Under the pieces are notes generated by a model. That model was given only the letters and a program-made list of their open reading frames with translations, ran no database searches and was not told the DNA's origin. From the human T2T-CHM13v2.0 reference genome, Homo sapiens, in assembly GCF_009914755.1 (NCBI RefSeq), contig NC_060932.1: a stretch of 64,000 bases of DNA, one strand, 5' to 3'. Shown here one piece after another: positions 15,230 through 25,628 of the stretch (positions are counted from its first letter, which is position 1; each line of letters starts with the position of its first letter). The position numbers were made by a program, and so were the translations under genes.

Positions 15230-16550
15230 GAGGCTGAGGAGGCGGCGTCCCCTTGCAAAGGACTGGCAGTGAGCAGATGGGGACACTCGAGCTGCCCCGC
15301 GACCTGGGCCGAGCTGCCTACAACCTGGGCCCAGGTGCCTGCAAGAATTAGACCTCCGATAACGTTAACACCCACTTTCTCACTGCTCTAATTGTGTGCA
15401 TCCCGGCGCCCAGGGGCTTGTGAGCAGCAGGTGCGCGTTCCAGGCAGCTCCAGCGACCCTTAAACCTGACCGCGCGCACGTCCGGCCCGAGGGAGCAGAA
15501 CAAGAGGCACCCGGACCCTCCTCCGGCCAGCACCCACCTTCACCCAGTTCCGTCAGTCGCCACCACCTCCCTTCCCGCGTCCGCAGCCGGCCCAGCTGGG
15601 GAGCATGCGCAGTGGCCGGAGCCGGGTTGCCCGCGCCCCAGCAGGTAGCTGTACTGCAACTGTCGGCCCAAACCAACCAATCAAGAGACGTGTTATTGCC
15701 GCCGAGGTGGAACTATGGCAACGGGCGACCAATCAGAAGGCGCGTTGTTGCCGCGGAGCCCCCTGCCCCGGCAGGGGGATGTGGCGATGGGTGAGGGTCA
15801 TGGGGTGTGAGCATCCCTGAGCCATCGATCCGGGAGGGCCGCGGGTTCCCTTGCTTTGCCGCCGGGAGCGGCGCACGCAGCCCCGCACTCGCCTACCCGG
15901 CCCCGGGCGGCGGCGCGGCCCATGCGGCTGGGGGCGGAGGCTGGGAGCGGGTGGCGGGCGCGGCGGCCCGGGCCCGGGCGGTGATTGGCCGCCTGCTGGC
16001 CGCGACTGAGGCCCGGGAGGCGGGCGGGGAGCGCAGGCGGAGCTCGCTGCCGCCGAGCTGAAAAGATGCTGCTGTCCCTGGTGCTCCACACGTACTCCAT
16101 GCGCTACCTGCTGCCCAGCGTCGTGCTCCTGGGCACGGCGCCCACCTACGTGTTGGCCTGGGGGGTCTGGCGGCTGCTCTCCGCCTTCCTGCCCGCCCGC
16201 TTCTACCAAGCGCTGGACGACCGGCTCTACTGCGTCTACCAGAGCATGGTGCTCTTCTTCTTCGAGAATTACACCGGGGTCCAGGTGAGCCGCCTCCCGC
16301 TCCCGGGTCTCGGCGTCCACCCGAGCTCCCGGGGGCGCGGACCTCTCCGCTCCCCCACAGCTGGCGAGGGTCACCCGGCCGGCCCGGCGGACCCAGCACG
16401 GAGAGCACGTGCCGCCTCCCCGCCTTCCTCTCCGCATGCTTCCTGCCGTTCTGCCGAGATCGCTCTCTAGGAAGCTGTGGCTGCGTCGTCCTGAGGCTAC
16501 GAGTGGGACCCGCCGCCCCTTTCCCCGCCCCTCGCCTGGGTCTGATGCTG
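15230..16550. promoter_or_regulatory. CpG island / TATA-less promoter of AGPAT5 (probably bidirectional)
   Basis: Very GC- and CpG-rich compared with the AT-rich flanks; NRF1-like GCATGCGCA ~15603-15611, CCAAT at 15677 and 15729, reverse CCAAT ~15984-15988, RFX half-site CTATGGCAAC 15713-15722, GC boxes ~15930 and ~16022. Confidence 0.9.
16066..16284 (+). CDS. AGPAT5: AGPAT5 (1-acylglycerol-3-phosphate O-acyltransferase 5 / LPAAT-epsilon) coding exon 1, aa 1-73
   Basis: ATG at 16066 (aagATGc) reads MLLSLVLHTYSMRYLLPSVVLLGTAPTYVLAWGVW...FFFENYTGVQ and ends at donor CAG|GTGAGC; 219 nt, phase 0; inside a CpG island. Confidence 0.97.
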
Positions 16551-18984
16551 CTTAGCAAAGTGGGTGCAGATGCACGTTTTAAATAATAGGGCACGCGTTT
16601 AGCAGTTTCTGGCCTTTGGTCCAAAGAGGTGGTCATGTTGGAACAGATCGGAGACGTCTACACTCCGAAGTGCGCTTTTACAGTGACCTCCTGAAACAGA
16701 AGTACAATTCGGTCTTGTGTTCTTTCCCCTGGACAAGTGAAAGCTGGGCGAAGAAATGAATACATTTGTTAACCGTAGAAGCCTAACTAGATACATTTCT
16801 TGCCAACTTTAACTGGGCTTGAATGTGTGGGTGATCTGTTGTCTGATTACTTTCTTTCTGTTACTGTTTCTCTGTAGAGATTGGATTCGTAGATTAAACT
16901 TGAGAAACAAACCATAAAAGTAGAAGGCCCTCTTTAACAGTAGGTATTTGAAGTGTTATAAAAAAAAAAAAAGGTGAATTTTTCTTTTATTTCTCAGTTT
17001 GAAAGAACAGCTTTATTCTTGGTTATTCCTAATGTCCACCTAGTCCTCTTTTACTTTTCTTGGTAGGGTTAGGGTGGCATGGGGAAATGGGACGGTATCA
17101 TTTTGTCTTTTTAACTTTTTTTTTTTCCACCTACAGCAGCTGTTTTTACCCTGTGGTCAGTCAGGTACTATATTTAGTTTGCAGTTGCACTGCTGATCGA
17201 CCCTTGATGGCCCCAGTTGGAAGTTGTTTGGGGGGAAGGAACTAGGAGAGGCCAGGGCCTCCATTTAAACCAGTGTCTGTAAGTGTCTCCTTGGAAAGAA
17301 AAAAAGATACTGTTCCAGGTCATGGTTTCCTGGTAGTTGACGTTTAAAATGGGCCTCATTTAAAAATTTCAATAATTCAGGCTAATTTTTTCCCTTTATA
17401 TGGTAACTCCACCAAGTTTGTCTAAATGTATGATTTTTATCATGATTAAGTTTTTACTTCCACATCATGTGACAACTGGCCTGGGATGGGATATAAGCTC
17501 AGAACACAAAGTCATTCACCTCTTAAAAAAATAATTCTATCTGTGGCGGGTTATGTTATTTTTGTTCAAAGAGGACACAATTTGATGCAGAATACACCAT
17601 TGAAGGATTTTTTGGTTTGGCAAGTTCTTATTTTTTTAAATGGCTGTAAAACCTAGCAGTGTTTCTGAAATTGCATACCTTACCTGATGTTCAGAGATCC
17701 GATTTACTTCTTGATTTCCCAGCAAGTGATTTTGAAAACATTTAATCTAATCATTCCCCCCACCGTCTGTTCAAATCAAAGGAAGTGGCATCCAGCACTA
17801 ATTTTCATGCATTTATGAAAGGATGCCTGAGGACCCTTAAGTATAATTCAAAATTTTGTTTAATGTGTGTTCCTTGATGAAGTTCTTTAGGAGTCGTAGA
17901 ACGAACTGATTGCCCACTGATCATCAAATGCAAGTTATGAACATTTAATAAAAATTTAAAACCAAGAGTTTCTTGTTCCTGCATTTTTATTTTTATTGTA
18001 TGGAGGGGACAAATAATTATTTTCTGTTTAGTAACAGAGCAGGGTATTTTGAATTTATTAGGGTCTTTTTCTGCAATCTGGGTTTCCTGTGTACACAAAG
18101 CTACCTTTCAATATTTTTTATTGTTTCTGTTAAGATTAAATCAATAGAGGAATAAATAGCTATCTTCAAACATAAGACCCAAAGGAAAAAGATTTATAGT
18201 GATGTTCTGTCACCTTATTTTTTACCTGTGACTTTGTACCATTAACTTTGTCACTGAGATGTTTTGATTAAAATTTTTAGCTTGCTTTTCTTGTTTTGTT
18301 AGGACACTCTTTTTTTCTTGAATTGTTTTTATCAGCTTTCGTTTGCAAGGCTAGTGATGATTCTCTTGTTCTGTATAAAGTATTGTTGACTCATTTCTGA
18401 AGGGAGTTTTAGTAATTTAAGAGGTTATAAGTTTTTAAATAAAAGGTTTATTAATTTATATATATTAAAGAGGCATTTTAAAATAAAATTTTTTTTAAAT
18501 GACATTTTTACACCTTTCAATTCTAGGTTTAAAAAATAAGTGGTTCACAGTAGTTCTTGCAGAAGAATATTTTCTTTTACATAGAATTTTTAAGCTGAAG
18601 AGAAGTAGTAGTAGGTCCATGAGATTTATGATCTGTGCTTGGCAGGTAAACCTGCTTCCAACAAATTTAGTTGGATTTTTCTTGGATTCTGGGTAAATAC
18701 CTTTTTCTTCCCCAGTTTCACTACTTTATTTTCATATGTATCTCTGAGATAGAGAAATATTTCAGTCAGTGCTGCTAAAATTGTTCCTTATAACTCGTTT
18801 ATCCTTTTAGGTCCTTCCAGAATCTCTCATTGGTACTGAAACTCAAATGGGTACTTTCTTCACCATTTATTTCTTTAGAATAAGTAATAAGAATTTTATA
18901 AGCTTTTTTATATTTCACGTAATTTGAGACTATTGAAAATCCAGTTAAGTCTCTCTACTGTGTTGAGAGGCATTGATTCAAGTA

Positions 18985-19442
18985 CCTGTGTTACTTTCCT
19001 GTGCTGCCAAAACAGATCACCTCAAACTAAGCGGCTTAAAATAATAGAACTTAAGTTCTCGTGATTCTGGAGGCCAGCACTTTGAAATCAAGGTGTAGGC
19101 TCAATTTTACTCCCTCTGGAGGCCCTAGGGGGAATCTGTTCTTGTGGGTTTCAACTTCTGGTGACTGGTGGCATTCCTTGGCTTGGGGCCCCATCACTTC
19201 AACCTCTGCCTTACAGTCCTTGCTGCCACCTCTTCTGTCTCACATCTCACTCTCCCTTTCTCTTAGAAGGATGCTTGTCATTGGGTTTAGAGCCCACCTG
19301 GATATTCCGGGATGATCTCTTCATCTCAAGATCCTTAATTATAACTGCAAAGAGCCTTTTTCCAAATAAGAAAACATTCACAGGTTCCAGGGCTTAGGAT
19401 GTGGACACATTTTTTGAGGGGCTGCCCTTCATTCCCCCACAA
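18985..19442 (-). mobile_element. MLT1 MaLR LTR
   Basis: ttctggaggccag..aaatcaaggtgt, gatgatctcttcatctcaagatccttaa, ttcacaggttccagg motifs. Confidence 0.72.
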
Positions 19443-20398
19443 CAATGAACTCCATAGTTCTGCCTATTCAGTATTTTGTAGTTATTTCGTAGTTTAACTT
19501 GCCTTATTTCTTTAGGTATTTACGTATTAAAGCATTTTGGTCTCTGCTTTCTTTAACAGAGAACCTGGTTTTCTGTAATAAGTTTACTTACTTTCCCATA
19601 ATCTTTTAGTTTCTTATTTACAGATTTACCTTCACATATCCCTTAAGTAGAACATTTGATTAACTGTTTTATTTTCGGAACAAATCTGCATTCTGTATAA
19701 TAACCAACTTATTCATATTTCGGTATTCTTTTAATTCTTATCTGATTCTGAAATTACCATCTTGTGATTATATATATATATATGGAAATAACTGAAATCT
19801 TGATAAATTAAAGGTGATATAACTTCTAAGACAATTAATTATGTATGATGTGGTGAATATACTGGTGTTTGGTTTGTTTGCCACTTAAAAGCCCTATCTA
19901 TAGGATAGGAAGTAACTTGAATGTGGAATGCTTAGAGACTCAGAGTAAGAGGCCGTATATATATCCTTGAGCTGGAGTTTAAGGAAAACTTATGGGAAAT
20001 TAAAAGGAAAGTTGGAGTACTGACAGAGGATTGCGTAGGACTCATGAAAAAGGAATGAAGTTACCTTAAATTCTATCATCGTGAGTTAACGTGAAACTAG
20101 ATTTATGTTAGTTTATAGCCTAGAATTCTATCCTAGGAATCTAGATATATCCTAAATGTTGAGATAGCTGCATAAACAATAACTGTAATCGTTATGATAA
20201 ATAATGACAAATCTTTTTAGCATGTTTTGTGAAGCTGATAAATGTTAATAGGATGTCTTCAAATGTCAGAATTCTTTTTTCTTTGCTTCTTTTTTAAAAA
20301 ATTTCTTTTCCCCCATTCCTATGCAATACACTGAAAACTGATCATTGAAATTTGTAGGCCAAAAAATTAATCAACACGTAATAGATTGGGGTTTGGGT

Positions 20399-21225
20399 TT
20401 TTTTGAGTCAGGGTCTTCTTCTGTCACCCAGGCTCTGGTGCGGTGGCACCATCATGGCTCATTGCAGCCTTGAATGCCTGGGTTCAAGTGATCCTCCGGA
20501 GTAGCTGCCGTGCCATTATTTCTAGCTAATTTTTAAAAGTTTTTGTAGAAATGGGGTCTTTCTGTGTTGCCCAGGCTGGTCTTGAATTCCTGGCCTCAGG
20601 TGATCCTTCTGCCTTGGCCTCCCAAAGTGCTGGGATTACAGGTGTGAGCCACCATGCCTAGCCCCTAATAAATATTCTAATTACCGATTTATCTTGCTTA
20701 AATCAGTTGGTAACACTTGGAATTTACTTCAGAATATATTTTACATTAGTGGCTCTGACTGCTAATTCCCCCTTCTCCAAATGCTAATGTAATATAACAA
20801 TAAAATGCACAGTTCTTAAGTTTATATAAAATAAACAGGTTTTCAGTTGACCTGCTTTAAGTGTAAAATAGTGTGAAAAACACAAGAAAGAAGATAAAGA
20901 ATTTAAGATTTTGACATTTCTCTAATATGCCCTTAACTTCTCCAAGGATTCATACTTTTTTTTGTAAGACAGAATCTCACACTGTTGCCCAAACCAGAGG
21001 TGCAGTGGTGCAGTCTCCACTCACTGCAACCTCTGCCCCCGGGCTCAAGCGGTCCTCCCACCTCAGCCTCCTGAGTAGCTGGGACTACAGGTACACAGCA
21101 CCATGCCCAGCTAATTTTTTTTTTTGGTATTTTTTAGTGGGGGTAGAGACGAGATTTTGCCATATTGCCCAGTCTGGTTTTGAGCTCCTGGGCTCAAGTG
21201 ATCCGTCCTTGATCCACCATGCTTA
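20399..21225 (-). mobile_element. Two antisense AluJ elements (~20399-20663 and ~20956-21225)
   Basis: Diverged Alu sequences headed by poly-T. Confidence 0.8.
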
Positions 21226-23668
21226 GCTGATTCATACTCTTAACTGAAACATTGTTCCAAGTTTCTCAGAAACAGTCAAGGCTTTTTATCTAGAGAACAT
21301 TTATAACTGGATCTTTCTTTGTGTAGCACTGATTCATCAAACTAATCCTAAACTCCTAATGAGTTAAATTTATATTCTGAATCTTGCTGTAAAAGCAGCC
21401 ATTCATTAGAATGAAACATGTTTACTTAGAATTGGAGAAGGGAGCTTATAAGTCATCTAGTCTACTCCCTTTTATGACACTTCTACATTCTTTCTGCACT
21501 TCTGCCAAAATGTTGCCCAGCGTCGTCTCTGATACCTATAGTCCTAACAAGAATATGAATCATACCTTGTATCCTTAATTTTAGTCTTCTCTGCTTATTT
21601 GCCATTCATGTGAAGACCTTAAATAGATCTTAAATTGCTTCCTTCACTTTAGCTGAGAGTGACAGGACTGTGTAGGTGTGGGTGTGTTTCTGCATTTGCT
21701 TATTTAAGCAGGATAATAAAAACTTTTACTATAGGAAATTAAACATTTCCCAATCAAATACAATTCCAGTCTAACACAATTAAATTCTGGTTAGGGAACT
21801 GCTTAACTTACTAGACTTATAGGAAAATACTAAAAAAATGTAACTAGAACTCTATTTTTACACTTTATAAATATAAACCTCTGTGAACAAACCAGTTATT
21901 TCAGGTTGCATTTGTGTATAGTTTTTTAATGCCTGATTTTTCTATTTTAAAATCACAGATGCAATTATACATTCAAACACTGCCACAATACTTTGAGAAA
22001 GTTAAAGTTTCCCCTACTCCTACACTGCGTACACCTTTCCTAGGTACATCCCAGTTTGGTGTGTAACTTTAGATTTCTTCCAAGAGCTTTTGAGTAAGTG
22101 TTTGAATTGTGGGAAGGTTCTTTAGTTAAATGAACTTCTTAGAGATCAGTTTTTAAGTACAGTAGCACGAAATATACCTGCATACCTATGGGGATACCTC
22201 TGTGCCATTACGATGGAAGGCACGGGAAAACAGCACTCCGTATATACCTAGTTTACTTTCCCTCTTTTGTATATTTGTCTGATTTTGTGGAGCTGATGCT
22301 TCTCAAGTGGAATCAGAAGTTAACTTTTCCTTTACTATTTTCTCATTTTATTATGGTTTCTTAACTAGAGGTTGATGTTAGTGGTTGGACCATTCAATAG
22401 TAAGTAATGACTTTTCAGTAAGGGATCTCTAGAACCCAGATCCCTTAATTCCTGCAATATTCCCGTGTGTACATTGTTCCAGGTGCTGTCCTGGGTACCA
22501 AGGGATACAATGTTTGATAGACAATGTACCTGCCATTATGGAGGTCACATTCTAGTGTGGGAAGACAAACAATAACAAGAAAATGAAAATTTACTGTGCC
22601 ATGCCAGGTTGTTTAGCCTGGTGGGTGAGAGGTAGGGGTTTGGAAAATCTTACTGAGCAAGTGACATTTGTGTGGAGCTCTGTAAAAGGGCCAGCTTGGA
22701 AGGTAATGTAGTCATCCAGGTGAGAAATGATGGTTAGGGGAGTGGAAAGAGTGGATGTTAAGATTGAAAAGAATTCCAAATCTATTTTAGTGGTAGCTGA
22801 TAGGGCTTTGTGATTGAATGTGGAGGAAAAAGAAGAGGGTGGGTTAGTAACACACTCAGTCGCAGTTAGTGAGTGCTGCTGTGTGCAAGTATTGTTCTAT
22901 TATGTAAATAATTCCATCTTTACAAAGTAGGCACCATTCTTCCTCTTTTACAGACAAGGAAAAGGGAACACCCATGGTTCACATCTGTAGTAGCCTAGCC
23001 AGGAGTTTCAGGCACTTATTTTCTGAAGATGCTCTGCCTGGCAATGTGGTTATATTGGTTGAAATGAGACCCCCTACTTTCAAGGTATTCATCTAGGAAA
23101 GACATGAACTGCCAATTACAATATAGGATAACACTGAAATTAGAGACGTGTTTATTAACTTTGCCATACAGAGGTAAAGTAACTCTTTAAAGTAACTCTT
23201 TGCTTGGGTTAGTGGAGAAGGCTATAAAAATTACTTGGAGTTTTTACTTTGAACATGCGTAATTAACATGGAATGTTTAGGGAAAAGAGGTTTTCAATTG
23301 ATAACATAATAAACATGAGGAGTTTGAAGCATGGCATTCAAGGTTTTCTAAATTCTGCCCCGGTTAACTTTTCCATTCGTTGGTTTCATTCTAGTCTAGC
23401 TTTTCCTTCTGGGCCGCCCCTCCCAACATTAGACCGCTCCTCTCTGGAATTCCAACTCAAGCCCTTGCTTTTCTCCATCTGTCATGATGTTACCCCATCT
23501 CATTGTCAGGGTAACTTTTATGTAATATTAACATATATAATACTGATATAACATTAGCATATTTTAATGTATGGATCATCTCCTCTGCAACATTGTAACC
23601 TCTTGGAGATGGCAATAATGGGAAGAATGACTTGATTTTACTTTTTCTTTTAACAAAAATGGTGGAGT

Positions 23669-24255
<587 letters not shown>

Positions 24256-25628
24256 AGAGAGAAAAGGCAGAGTACTCTAGGGAATTCTAGTCTGTGTTTC
24301 TGTGGAAATGTATATGAATCTCACTTTTAAGGGATGGAGATTTTTGAATGGCATAACTAGTTGATAAGTTTTGCTCTAACAGGGTACCCAAGTCTAGTGA
24401 GTCCGATTCATTCTTTCCTTAAATAGATGAAGGAGGAAGAAACATGACTCCACCCTCAAGAGTAAGGCAGAATGAGCAAAGTCAGAGAAGTTAAAAAAGA
24501 ATTCTCACGCAGCCAGCAGTGCAGAGAAACCTTGGTTTAGTTGTGAATCAAAACCAGTACTTTTTGTAATTTTTGAGCCTATGCAATTCTCCAAGGTTTT
24601 ATGTTGTTTCTTCTGTTTCTCTGTAGGCACCAGAAATCAAAACCCCAAATAAGAAAGTGTTACTTGAAGATTTTAGAGTACTTATTTGTGTATAAGTGTA
24701 AGTAATATTTGGAAGACGACTTTACTGCGCTCCTCCAGCTTGGCATGAGAATTCCAGGGGCGGAAAGAAAGGAGGGTGATGGTACCTGGAAAGGAGAGTC
24801 ATGTTAAGTCCCAGCCACATATTAAGTGCTAACCACCTACTGTTAAAAGGTGTAATGTTCTAGACTGACAAAATACATAGTCTCTACCGTAAAGTAACAC
24901 ATAATTTAGCAGTGCAGAAAGATGTCACTTAAAAGAAAACTTGAATATATGCTGAGATAGTTCACAAATTAAAGAAATGAACAAAGAACTGAGGAAATAA
25001 AGGAGGAATACAACTGTGTCCAAATGAATACTTAACTGGGTGGGAGCTGTTGCATATGTAAGCAGGTGGTTCACCTAAAAGTTGGATGTAACGTAGTTAA
25101 CGCCAGCTCTTGGTGCACTTACATATTGCATTGCTTCCGGGCTTAATTTGTGTTCATATAGGAATAAATTTTTTGTTGGTTTTTAATTTTACTCCTTGTA
25201 ATTCCGTGGTTGATATTCAAAGTGAAAAAAATTACATAAGCTTCTAATATATGAGAAGTCTTCTCACTTGACATTTTTTATTTGGAATTTTTGCAGAGAG
25301 TAGTTTTGTCACAGTCAAAAGATTTTGGGATCTTGCAGTGAGAAACCTAGGTGTAATTCCTATTTCTCTGCCATTCCGTATGTCATCTGGAGTAAGTGTC
25401 AACTTCTCAGTCTCAAGATTCTCGTCCTTAAATGGAATACTTTTTGTCATGCTATTTTGAAGACAAAATGAGATAATACGTGAAACTGCCTAGCTCAGTG
25501 AATGGTACATCATAGATACTCAGAAAAAACACACCCTCTAAAATAAGAACAGTACCAAAAGACAGGATGTAAAATAAGGGCAGTACCAAAAGACACATGC
25601 ATGCTGAGTGTATGAGAAAGAACTTTGT

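Noticed and set aside
16285-16470. Extension of the exon 1 ORF to 161 aa
   Set aside because: Read-through into intron 1 past a consensus donor; the predicted start is a TTG, not the real ATG
15733-16636. Long minus-strand ORFs (234 aa and 247 aa) over the promoter and exon 1
   Set aside because: Stop-codon-poor CpG-island sequence antisense to a real exon; Arg/Pro/Gly/Ala low-complexity products with no recognisable domain
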